Positions 1 to 10,484 of a stretch of 64,000 nucleotides of DNA are shown piece by piece. The stretch's first letter is position 1, and every line of letters starts with the position of its first letter. The translations under genes were made by a program, and so were the position numbers. The notes under the pieces are model-generated. The model was not told where the DNA came from, ran no database searches, and worked only from the letters and a program-made list of their open reading frames with translations. This stretch comes from Elsinoe ampelina (taxonomy: Eukaryota), in NCBI GenBank assembly GCA_010093995.1, contig ML992508.1, forward strand, positions 716,506 through 780,505. The letters are read 5' to 3'.

Positions 1-655
1 TTGTCAGAGCGTCCATGGGGTCCTCGCTCGAAGCCGGAGTCATGACTGCCGCCGCTGTGTCGGATGCCGAAGATGCGGTCTCAACGGACATTGCATCAGT
101 GGGCAGGCCGGACTGCTTTGGCGAATGTCTCGTCCGAACAGGTGAACTTCGATCTTGTCGAAGCATTGACCGTCTGCCGTCCAAACCGTCGTTCACAATG
201 AAGAAGTCATAATTCCGTGGGAACATATGCTTGTCTTGTAGATGGAGACGACGCTTTTGCCATGTAGCACAAACCTTGTCGCATCCCTCTACGAAGCACG
301 CATAAGTCTTATCTCCTCTGTCCTTCTTGGTGGCCATGATAGGGTCGTGGTTCTCAGCAATATGGAGTGAGAGGAAGTGATCAGTCGGGAGATTCCTGTG
401 GCACTCCAAGCACCGATTGACATGTGACTTGTTGTAGTGGATCTCGTATTCATCGTAAGATTGAAAGGGTTGTGGGGCGTGTGGTGGTAGGTGACAGTAT
501 ATACTTGCCGGCCCTGGAGCTAGATCTGTATGTACCACCTTCGAAGCGTTCTCATGCCCATCATCGGCCTCATTCTCCACGTGTCCAGATCTGCCGGTGG
601 TCTCCTGTATGGCCCCATTCACCGAGACAGATGAATGTCGTGGTCTCTTTGCCAT
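1..655 (-). CDS. C2H2 zinc-finger protein, ZNF511-like (3' end runs off the window; absent from the ORF track)
   Basis: Manual translation from ATG 655: MAKRPRHSS...IYCHLPPHAPQPFQSYDEYEIHYNKSHVNRCLECHRNLPTDHFLSLHIAENHDP...KTYACFVEGCDKVCATWQKRRLHLQDKHMFPRNYDFFIVNDG. The frame is open to base 1. Confidence 0.85.
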   Translation of the reverse strand, partial: MAKRPRHSSVSVNGAIQETTGRSGHVENEADDGHENASKVVHTDLAPGPASIYCHLPPHAPQPFQSYDEYEIHYNKSHVNRCLECHRNLPTDHFLSLHIAENHDPIMATKKDRGDKTYACFVEGCDKVCATWQKRRLHLQDKHMFPRNYDFFIVNDGLDGRRSMLRQDRSSPVRTRHSPKQSGLPTDAMSVETASSASDTAAAVMTPASSEDPMDALT

Positions 656-1171
656 GCTTCAGATTGGCTTCGTGGTTACGTGGCTTCGTCTTTCCACAGC
701 GGTATCTCCTCACCGCTCACCATAACGAGCCAGCTTCTGGCATATGTTAGATATTCGTGAAGATCAGGAAGAAGCAAAATGTCACGTGAAGAGAGGTGAA
801 GCTTTGCAAATGAATGAACCATGTGGGGTGGACGCGAGCCATGCAGATCCGGACCCGCGTCCGCCAAGAGAATGGTGTGTGACTGCAGATGTCGAGGGTG
901 TCCATCTTCTCCCATCTTTTCATCCGACATTTGTTACACCTACTCACATTCGCCGATTACGCTCATCTCTTCGCTGTCCACCGAGGTCAGCACTCTTGTA
1001 TTACCGACAGTGCAGCAAGCCGAGATCTTGTTGCATCGTCACTCTCTGTCAGGCTTATGGATTTCATCGGGTCATCTCGCGCCTCCGTCCGTATACCTCA
1101 TATCTAGCAGTGGCGACGACCGTGGGGTCACCAGTTCCCTATGAAGAAGAGCAAGGAACATATAAGAAGAA

Positions 1172-3606
1172 ATGACGACAGTAGAAGCCCGGCATTACAT
1201 CCGGTCAGCTCGATACACCTCACGCAACTTCGACATCAACTGACCCGACACAGGGCTATCAATAGTATTGATGCCGAAGTCAGGGAGGCCGTGAAAAGCC
1301 CTGCCAATGCCGATCAGCATCCGCAGATTTTCCAGCGTCTGCTCAGACAGTGAGTATACCATCAAGGTCTCCGAATCAGAAGCTGAGTAGTAAAGATATC
1401 GTACGACAGTTGAGGAGCTTTGCGGGAAGGATGTGCTCATCAACCAGGCAAACAGCACTCATACCCTCTTGTGGACTGCTCATAATCTGATCAATGCCTT
1501 TTGCCGGAAAGGTCTTGCGAAACTTCGCAGCGACCCAGCAAAACCCGTCGAGACTAGAAAGTTCATCAAGGGCTATCTGGAGTTCTTGAAGGACAGTCGG
1601 AAATGGTACCGTACCTTCATCAACCTTCTCACCAAGACCTACGGGTGGATGCCCGGTCTCGAGCAGATTACTGGAGACACTAGCCATGTTACTCCTCATC
1701 CAAATCCCGCTGCGTACCAGCACTCCGCTGCTTTGTGCTACCATGCGCTCATTTCGCTCGGAGATCTTTGCAGATGGCGGGCCGCTGAGAGACTGGACAA
1801 GGAACCCACTTGGGCTCATGCCGTTGGCTACTACGACCTAGCGGCTGCTCTAAACCCAGCAAATGGTGCGGCCTTCCATCAGCGAGCGTTCGTCGAGATG
1901 AGCCAGAAAGATCACTTCCGTGCCATCTACTACTTCTACCGCTCGATCGTGGTCGAAGAACGATATCCGAACGCTATCAATAACCTTGCTACGGAAATGA
2001 AGTCTTTGCGCAAGAAGTGGGGATCAGACGAACTCAGCCTGAAGACAAATTCGAAAGATGGCAATGGCAAGCGCAAGGCTCTGGTGATGTGGTACATCCG
2101 TCTTCAAAGTCTATGTTATTCTGGCGAAGAAATTCCCGGACATGCAGAGCTTGAGGCTACCGTCATCAGCCACATCGAGGGTGTTACCAAAGTGCCAGAT
2201 AGTGCTGGTCTTATCCAGAAGGTTATTTTGGCAAATATGGCTGCAGAACGTACGACACTGCACAGACTGGAGGGTGGGTAAACCGGGAGAGAATCGTGGA
2301 CATTCGCTAATTCACCAACAGACGCTCAAGCGGACGAATCGGAGGCTATTATTGCCGCCTACAACAATTACCACAACCTGAACCTGAAGACACTAATCTT
2401 GTTGCTTCGCATCTTCGAGAAAGAGATCGAAGTCGCCACTGCGGCCGGACGACGCAGCGGTGTCGGCAAGCAGCATTCCTTAGAAGACAAGATCACCCCT
2501 ACCATGCACAACGTGCTTCCTGCGCTTCGCTTATACCAGCACAATTTGCTTTCGAATTACCAATTCACACGTCCAGATGAAAGCGGCTCTCCAGGAAGCT
2601 TGATCGCTGCGCAACTTTGGAATACACTCGCTGGCGCCTGTTCTGCCGCTGCCACTGCGTTCCCTGTTGCTCAACTGATGGAAGCGCCATATATGCTTGA
2701 AGAGGATGTAGAGGTCACAGCTTTTAGTCCTGCGATATCGGATGCTACAAGGACGGTCTGGCACGGCGATGACGGGAGCGCAAAGAGGCGGTTCAATGAT
2801 CGAGGCGTCCAACGACTCTCGACGACTTTGGAAATGCTAGCCAGGATTAGAGATCTTCAGGTTGCAGCATTACACTTGTCCGTACTGGAGGTGAGCAGAT
2901 CTGTACTCAGTTGCAATACCGGCAGATCATTCCGTGCTAACAGAACCAGGACACGCCGATCAGATTTGACAAAGGTCAATTTTCCACCGACGCTGCTGAC
3001 CCTTCGCCAAATCAGGCGAATACCGCTGAAGCACAAACTCAAAGTGTGACCATGGCGAAGCCACCTCCCAAGGCGGCCATGTCGAACACACCCGGGCAGC
3101 ACAATCGTCGCTCGACACCTTCCTTGGACCAGAAACTCCACCAGGCAGGACCAGATATTAACGGTGGACCGTCACATCGAGCAAGGGCACGTCAGCTCCA
3201 GTCGCCTGTTCAGATGAGCGCAACAAGACCTCCTGCTTTGAATGACAACCTGGAAGATAGCGACGAGCTCGACTGCCAAGATCTGCAGGCATCTAGGATG
3301 GTGGACGATCTCGTCGGGCCAGACGACAGCCCTGTGACGATGAGTCGGCCAGTGTCTGGACTCGACATTCGCCCGCAGCAGAGAACACCATCTGTACCGT
3401 CGTCCTTTGCTCCTACCCCACCAACCAATCGTATTGGATCCCGGGTTGACAGGCTGCAGAATGGCTCGCTCTTTGGTCAACAGGGACAGAATTACAGTCC
3501 TGGAATGCACAGTCCGCTTCTATACGGCAATGGTGGCCCATGGGACCCTGCCATGAACGCTAGAAGCAAGTCGATTGGGACGCCACCGAATGGTCAGGCC
3601 CGCTGA
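1172..3606 (+). CDS. EST1/SMG7-like TPR-repeat protein (NMD/telomerase-associated family), 5 exons
   Basis: Motif LISLGDLCRWR...AVGYYDLAAALNPANGAAFHQRAFV...HFRAIYYFYRS. Introns 1204-1253, 1350-1395, 2274-2321 and 2891-2950 join the ORF pieces in frame. Low-complexity C-terminus. Confidence 0.85.
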
Positions 3607-4105
3607 GGAGACGAACAAGGGCTTGGAGGTATAGATTTTCGAGGCTTCAGACCCCTACCAATACGCTGCTGATCTATATGTGCCATCCCGGGACGGGTCT
3701 GCCTGACTGCACCGAGTCCGCGCGCCTCCAGCTCACCAAGAAAGCCACGCAACCCCGCGATCAACGAGTGGAGCCAAGTCCAATCAAACGAGGCTCTGCG
3801 CACGTTTTGGTGAACACTCAGTAGTTTGATATGATACTGGACAGGTCGCAATGGTTTCAGGGGGTCTGAAAGCGAAGGCTTTGATATCGTTGCATATCTT
3901 ACAAAAATGCTTTAGTCTGTCCATGCACTGTGCATCTATGTCCGCATTCGTTCTATACATTTGTGTGATCTCCCGATTTTGCTCGCTCTCTCTCGGCGAT
4001 GTTGGTCCCGTCGGCCGATGTGTGATGTGCAGCAACGTCGTACGACAGATGCTAGGTTGAGTGAACACTCGTATGCTGTCGGCATTGTGTATACATGTAA
4101 ATTTC

Positions 4106-5180
4106 TTATCGCTTGACCCAAGTAGGCATCTTCCTGGCCTTCAGCTTGCCAGCCTTCTTCCTCTCCACCTCCCTCGTATCCCTCGTCACACATCCAGCTG
4201 TCGAAAGTCAGTACGAGCACCGTCCCCCGAGCACAATCAGACTCACCTCTCCTCAACGCCGGCTTCAACCCAGGCTCATGCGCCATCAACGCCTTCGCCA
4301 ACCCCAACGTCATCGCCTCCGCCTGCCCCGTCGTCCCTCCACCTCTCACGATCGCCCAGACATTATACAAGCCCAATCTCCCCGTGCTCTTGAGCGGCCA
4401 CACCGCGGACTCCCTATCATGCAGTCTCCCGAACATCTCACTCAAACTCCTCCCGTTGACCTTCACCTCTCCCTCGCCCTCCACAACCCACACCACAGCA
4501 TGACTCGTCTTTCTCCTCCCCACCGCCCTGCTGCGCCCCCACATGTCCACCACCAACGGCTTGGCCTGGTTCTCACTCGGCTGCACCGCCCTTTTATACC
4601 GCTCCAATTCCGCGAGCACCTCCTCCGGCACAACAGCAGGATGGATCTGATTCAACCGATGCAGCGTCTTGAGCAGCTTCGCGTACGACGCCTTACGGAT
4701 GGGCTCCGTGTTCGACATGGTGTATTGCTGGTACGTGAGCCAGGAGACACGGGGCTGTTCGCCGGGCGGGAGCACGGGGAGGACGGAGTGTTTGCGGAGT
4801 AGGTCTTCGAGGCGGAGGAGGTCGTCGGTGAAGCGCGGTAGGGCCGTGAAGTAGGATGGGGAGGCGGGGACGACGCGGTAGGACCGCAGGCGTGCCTCGG
4901 CGTGGTCTTGGGCGTCTTCTTCGTCTTCGGCTTCTTCTTCGTCTTCTTCGTCTTCTTCGTCTTCTTCGAACTCTTCCTCGTCGAATTCTTCATCGGGTTC
5001 GGTGGTGGGGTTGCGGTTGCTGAAGGACGGGAAGGATCGGTTGGGTGGGAGGGAGCTGGGGGTGGTGCTGTCGGAGGTGGTGGTTGCGTAGGTTCGGGGG
5101 CGGAGGCGGATGGGGAGGGTGATCGGTCGGCATATTTGGAGAGCGCGCTGGAGGCCGGCGCGGATTGTGCGTGCCTCCAT
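4106..5180 (-). CDS. MRPS9: Mitochondrial small-subunit ribosomal protein uS9m
   Basis: [35 protein letters not shown]. Intron 4198-4246 gives ...[33 protein letters not shown]. Arg-rich presequence. Confidence 0.93.
4912..4995 (+). repeat. Coding trinucleotide microsatellite (TCT/TCG)n encoding an Asp/Glu tract of uS9m
   Basis: tcttcttcgtcttcggcttcttcttcgtcttcttcgtc... translates on the minus strand to [27 protein letters not shown]. Confidence 0.85.
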
Positions 5181-5712
5181 GATGGGTACGATGGAGCGGT
5201 GATGCTGGATGGAGAGCTTGAGGAAGTTTTGACATATCAGGTAGTTTAAGGTTCGCGCTAAAATTGAGAGCCAAGATTTTGCCTCTAACCTCTGAAGCTC
5301 GAGAAGTCCTCCTGCGCTCTCGACGTGGTATAACGAAATTCTTGTATTACGACTAGATTGCTCAGCGATGATCCTGTGCGTCATGATCACAACGAATGCT
5401 ATCTTGCGACGGATCAGCACAGCATAGCTGATGTGGTAGGACAGCGCATCCTTCAATCTGTGGTTGGTCGAGTTGATGACCTACCCATCGCCGAGCTTGC
5501 AGCATGCCAGAGGATTGGCTGCTTCTGTCCACGGTGGTCTTGCACCAAAGGGAACCAAGTTGTGGAATGTTGTGCTCGGGTATTCAGTAGAAACCTGCGT
5601 AAGATCTGGTGTTTGGGTTTCACGAGTCGAGAGGACAGTATTTTCTTATACCCCATACCATATCTGATTGCGTGTTTCTTACTGCACACTTGTGAACAAA
5701 GTTGTCGGAGTC

Positions 5713-6751
5713 ATGACTTCTATGTACCTCGGTATTGGTGTGTCTGACGCCGAATGGAAAGAGACAGGGGCGGAATGTCTTGCGTATCATGAAGACGAGT
5801 TCATAGCCGCAGCACAAAGAGATCAGGGGCTAAGTATGGATTTCGACCAGCCTCAGATCTTGCGTACTAATCGCCGAAGAATGGCTAATGAATCCTCCAC
5901 GAGGAGTGAGCATACTCACCACGCCTTCTCTCAACATCAACGAAACTACAGCACGACCCGAGATCTTCATGCTCGCACTCTGCGGCCCGCGCGGCAGACG
6001 TCCATCCGACACTCAGCTCATCCAAATCGCCAGCACCCTCGAGCGCTACGTCCGCGGCGTCGGCAACCAAGCTCAACCCACCCTACCCGCCTTCCGTAAC
6101 TCCCAAGGCGCCGAACTCGCCCAAGTCGTCGGCGCAATCGACACCACCGTCCCGGGCCCCTGGCTACGCGAATGGACCACCCGCACCGAAGACGCCAGCC
6201 GCCGCTACGCCAAAGACTGGTACGAATGCCGCGCCATCAACATCATAGCCAGCACCCTCCGCGAACGCATCGCCACATACCGCGCCTTCCCAGGCTACCA
6301 AACCAGCACCCCAATCCCCTGTGACCTCATCATCGCGCTTGGACACACCAATTACCCCTCGCGTCGCCAGCGGGACCTCCTCGCCCACGCAGGCACGGGC
6401 AAAAACTCACTCTACGCCATCGACGCGGTAAGCAAGACGTTGTTCGGCGAGGAGATGCGGCTGAGGTACTTCACGCTACAAGTCGTGCACAGACGGGAGT
6501 GCACCAAGATGGCGTTCCGGATCTGTATGCATCTCATGGCGCCGTTGCGAAATGTGGATCCGGATCGGGATATGTTGGAGGATGAGCCGGGGACGCAGGC
6601 GACGGACGAGGATTACTGGAGGAATTTTGGGCAGGTGATTTTGATGGGGGGCTGGGCGAGGAGGGCGGCGAGGTTGAGTGCGGAGTTTCAGAGGAGGATG
6701 CAGGAGGCTTTTGAGAGGCAGCATGGGTTGCCGGATGTGGATTCGGATTAG
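5713..6751 (+). CDS. Hypothetical fungal protein (start may lie further upstream)
   Basis: 287-aa ORF with coding-like codon bias. Upstream exon 5713-5833 splices in frame via intron 5834-5879 (GTATGG...ACTAAT...AAG). Confidence 0.65.
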
Positions 6752-6830
6752 GATGGGGGGTTTGGGGTTGGTGGGTTTATGCATTTGGGAGATATGGCTG
6801 CTGGCTGAGATGACTGTGCCTGTCTTCGAT

Positions 6831-8651
6831 TTAGTCGAAGCCTTCGAACTCGGACTCGCTGTCCTCTGTAGGATCCGCATGATCTGTTGAGGCCATAGCA
6901 TCCCCGTTTGTACCTGTTCCGTCATCCCTTATAAAGCCTGCAACGAAGAAGCCCATCGTACCCTCATCCGTCCCTTTTGCGCATCGAATACACGCCTCCG
7001 ATACCTGATCCGCATCTACGATGCTGCTCGCGCCCTCAATACTCGCGACGAACTGTTTCGTACCGTCCGGATCCCCTCTTCGCTTTCATCTCTGCATCCC
7101 ATCCACCTGCTCTGCTCTCGTCATCACTCTCCAGCCTCTCTCCCTGGCGACGTCAGAAATGAGTGCCTTGACGACCACACCCTCATTCTCCTCAACATGG
7201 ATAGAGCAAGTCGAGTATGTGATTCGCTTTGCTCCGGAAAAGCGGAAGGCATGCAGAAGTAGCTTCAGCTGGAAGCTTGACAGCGCCCGCAGCCGCTCTT
7301 TCAGCTTCTCCCCTTCAACGACTTGTGTGTATTGGGCATCCACTTCTTCGTCTTCAGGAACCACTTGCGATTCTACAGGCGCATCGCCATTCGTAGCACT
7401 ACCTCTCGGTTGCGCAGCGTCTTCCTTCCCTCGCTTCCTCTTCTTTCCCTTGCCCACATCCTTTGACTCAGCTGTGCTAGTCTTCTTTGGATCGACGGGA
7501 AAGATGATCTTTCTTCTGGTTCCATCATCTCGTCCTACGATACCACTTCCGCTACAGCTCGGATCAAGCAGTATAGCACTAACATCTTGCCAGTCGTCTG
7601 GCTTGAGCATGAGAAAGTCTTGGCCTGCTCGGACGTCGATGACTTTGTCGGCGCCGGCTTTGCGAACCATGGTCTTCAGAGTTTCTGCTCTGGGAGGTGA
7701 GCGCTCACAAGCTATGACTCGCTTGCTATCATTGCCTGAAGCCAAGTCTTTCTCGTGCAGTATGGAAGCGAGGTGGGTAGTTTTGTTCCCAGGAGCAGCA
7801 CAACCGTCGATCACCCTGCCATCAGATGGGTCGAGTAGAAAAGCTGGAAAGCACGATGCTTTGTCTTGCAGGATGATGTGGCCGGACCTATAGGCTTTTG
7901 TCCTGGTTAGATCCACCGAGGGGTGGAGGGCGAGGAGACTCGGAATGTGAGGGTCCACATAGATCCCATTTGGTGTGCTGGATAGAGCTGCCAGAGTTGA
8001 GACTGTCTGATGTGTTGAAAAATGCTCTGACGTGACTGCATCCACTGAAGTGACAAGCGTGTTGACCCTGACCCAGCGAGGATGGAAGCCGCCAGCTTCT
8101 ATATCGACTGAAGTAGCTGTAGCATTGATCTGGGATCTCAGAGCATCTAGAGAGGGCAAAGAGCGCTTGATCCGGGATCTCGTAAGCTCTGCAGTCAAGC
8201 GAGCCCGATGTTTTGTGATCGTGTCATAGAGAACATGCTTCTTCGATAAGGCGAGCCCATTCTTGGCCAGTAGTATGTCATGTACAAGAACAACAGACAG
8301 AGCTGGTGTGAGCTGGGCATGTCAGGAATGCCTTACGGAAGACGTAGGAGGGAGAAGTTTTTTTTTTGCCGTGGATATGAGATCACATTTGTGGATGGAA
8401 CAGGATTGGAAGAGCGGAAATAGTATTGGATACATGATGAAAGAACTCACCTTGCGTTCTAGAGACAGCACCTGGCTTCTATCTATGACTTCTGAGAGTA
8501 TCTCTGACCACTTGCCGGCCTCGCTGACAAGCGCAAAAACTGTTGCTGGGGAAGATTTGAGCTCTTTGTCCTTGAATACTCTCTCCTTCAATGAGATGTG
8601 TTTCTCATTGATGTCCTCGAGAATCTTCGCGGCCTCAAAATAGAGTGACAT
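6831..8651 (-). CDS. RCM1: 25S rRNA m5C methyltransferase RCM1/NSUN5, carrying an in-frame TGA at 7086-7088
   Basis: MSLYFEAA; intron 8313-8450; RWVRVNTL, IILQDKASCFPA, IDGCAAPGNKT, LLDPSCSGSG, YSTCSIHVEENEGVV. After the TGA the same frame continues ...CIRCAKGTDEGTMGFFVAGFIR...EFEGFD* to 6831. Confidence 0.9.
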
Positions 8652-8873
8652 TAATATGTCGTAATGATATAAGAAAATGAGTCAAAGTCCGAAGAGAGAC
8701 TTCATATCTGGCTTTGCTTCTGAAGGCTTTCTCACCACGGACAGCTCATCGTCTTTCTTTCCAATCACCGTTTGTCCCGCGTCTTCGGTATCATCAAGAT
8801 TATTCAACAGAGTACTAGCGAAAGTTCTCCAGCTACCTCCTTTTGCCAACGAACTCGAAAGCTCACGGTGGCG

Positions 8874-9926
8874 ATGGCTGGCACCAGAGCTGGGATCAAA
8901 CGCAAACGAGCAGAGCCTCTGACAGAAGCCGATGACAACATCGACAATGTCAAGGTCGAGGATACTGCATCAGAGACCAAGGATGATAACTTCAAATCCA
9001 GCCTGAAACGCTTTCACTACTCATCCGCCACCGATACTCCCATCGCCCCTCTCGCCACCTCACCAAACACAAAATCACGAAAGCCATCGACCATCTTATC
9101 ATCTTCTCGGGAGAGCATACGAAAGACTCCTCAAAAGCCACTGCCTCACCCCACTGACTCCCCTCTCTCCACATCCACCACTTCCTCTTCCTCCACCCGC
9201 AAACCCAAATCCAAGCATCAAACCGGCTATGCCCCACCCAGCACCTACGCCCATCTCCCCGTCCTCACCGACATCATCACACCGGACCTAATCACCTTAT
9301 TCGTCGGAACCAACCCTGGCATCCGAACCGCCACAGCAGGCCACGCCTACGCCCACCCCTCGAACCTCTTCTGGAAGCTCCTCCATACCTCAGGCTGCAC
9401 GGACCGCCGCCTCGACCCGTCCGAGGACGTGGATCTACCTCGCCTCTATGCCATGGGCAACACGAATATCGTCGAGCGACCGACACGGAATGCGGGGGAG
9501 CTGAGCCGGGCGGAGATGGTGGCCGGCGCGCCGATCCTGGAGGAGAAAGTGAGGCGCTTCAGGCCTGGGAGCGTGTGTATCGTTGGCAAAGGCATTTGGG
9601 AAGCTGTGTGGCGACATCGATATGGCAAGGGTTTCAAGGAAGGGGAGTTCAGGTATGGCTGGCAGGAGGACAAGGAGAGGATGGGTGGGACGAAAGGGAA
9701 CGATGGGGGAGGAGAGTGGGAGGGCGCGAGGGTTTTCGTGTCGAGTAGTACGAGTGGGTTGGCTGCGAGTTTGGGCCCGAGGGAGAAGGAAGAGATTTGG
9801 CGGCCGTTTGGGGAGTGGGTGAAGACGAAGAGGGAGGAGAGGATGGACCTGGGCATGGAAAATCCTGTATGGGAAGGGGCGACTAGAGTGAAGAAGGAGG
9901 AAGGGGAGGTGGGTTCATACGAATGA
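8874..9926 (+). CDS. G:T/U mismatch-specific DNA glycosylase (TDG/MUG family)
   Basis: LFVGTNPGIRTATAGHAYAHPSNLFWKLL, GNTNIVERPT, SSTSGLAA. Confidence 0.92.
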   Translation: MAGTRAGIKRKRAEPLTEADDNIDNVKVEDTASETKDDNFKSSLKRFHYSSATDTPIAPLATSPNTKSRKPSTILSSSRESIRKTPQKPLPHPTDSPLSTSTTSSSSTRKPKSKHQTGYAPPSTYAHLPVLTDIITPDLITLFVGTNPGIRTATAGHAYAHPSNLFWKLLHTSGCTDRRLDPSEDVDLPRLYAMGNTNIVERPTRNAGELSRAEMVAGAPILEEKVRRFRPGSVCIVGKGIWEAVWRHRYGKGFKEGEFRYGWQEDKERMGGTKGNDGGGEWEGARVFVSSSTSGLAASLGPREKEEIWRPFGEWVKTKREERMDLGMENPVWEGATRVKKEEGEVGSYE

Positions 9927-9984
9927 CAATACCTTGGTCGCAAAAACATCATCATCTTCGACTTGAGGAGGAAGGGGATGTCGG

Positions 9985-10098
9985 CATACTAAGGCGACAT
10001 CTCAGTGGCAAAAAGACAACCCCCCTTACTTACTTACCTGACATACTAAGGCGACATTTCAGTGGCAAAAAGACAACCCCCCTTACTTACTTACCTGA
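9985..10098 (+). repeat. Direct tandem duplication, 2 x 57 bp, 1 mismatch
   Basis: catactaaggcgacat(c/t)tcagtggcaaaaagacaaccccccttacttacttacctga at 9985-10041 and 10042-10098. Confidence 0.95.
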
Positions 10099-10313
10099 TT
10101 CGACTGGACCACGTTACCAGGGCTTCTAACTCATGTTCACCGCATCGCACATTAAATTTGTGGTGGTCGGCTACTGAGAGAAGAATTCGAACCCGAGGTC
10201 TTTGCACTGTAACAGTACTACGCCGAATGTAAGGGTTAAGGGCGTCCAAACTCGGTCACATGCTTTTTACGGCATGGACTTGGTTTCAGCTGAACTGACT
10301 GAGCTACCTGAGT
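10067..10313 (-). mobile_element. tRNA-derived Pol III unit or putative SINE (degenerate tRNA head with about 70 extra nt, unique body, (TAAG)3 tail, T5 terminator)
   Basis: Minus strand: A-box TAGCTCAGTCAG (10306-10295) and B-box GGTTCGAATTC (10193-10183). ACTCAGG and TCTCAGT pair in exact acceptor-stem register. Tail GGTAAGTAAGTAAG; the first T-run of 4 or more is at 10071-10067. Confidence 0.55.
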
Positions 10314-10484
10314 AGACTCGCGTCGTTGTTCGCTGGGATAGGGAGGGGGCTGCAAATAATATATAGTCATGCCTATGGTCATGCCTAGTATGAGGACGTC
10401 TTTTCGTCAAGATATGATATACATGAGCAGCAATCTATCCCACGATGATCATACTGTTTCTCATTGAGCAAGGAAATCCCTCAC

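Noticed and set aside
7086..7088. Selenocysteine or genetic-code reassignment as the explanation for the RCM1 TGA
   Set aside because: The position aligns to Trp, not Cys; TGA ends many genes here and TGG is used normally
8313..8450. snoRNA or nested intron in the longer RCM1 intron
   Set aside because: No proper C box or terminal stem, and no complete internal splice set
9985..10098. CRISPR-like array
   Set aside because: Two abutting copies, no spacers, eukaryotic context
10229..10243. Telomere-like TAAGGGTTAAGGG or telomerase template
   Set aside because: Only two imperfect units and no supporting context
10172..10313. Functional intron-containing tRNA
   Set aside because: T-stem has two mismatches, the D-loop lacks GG, and no anticodon arm fits in register
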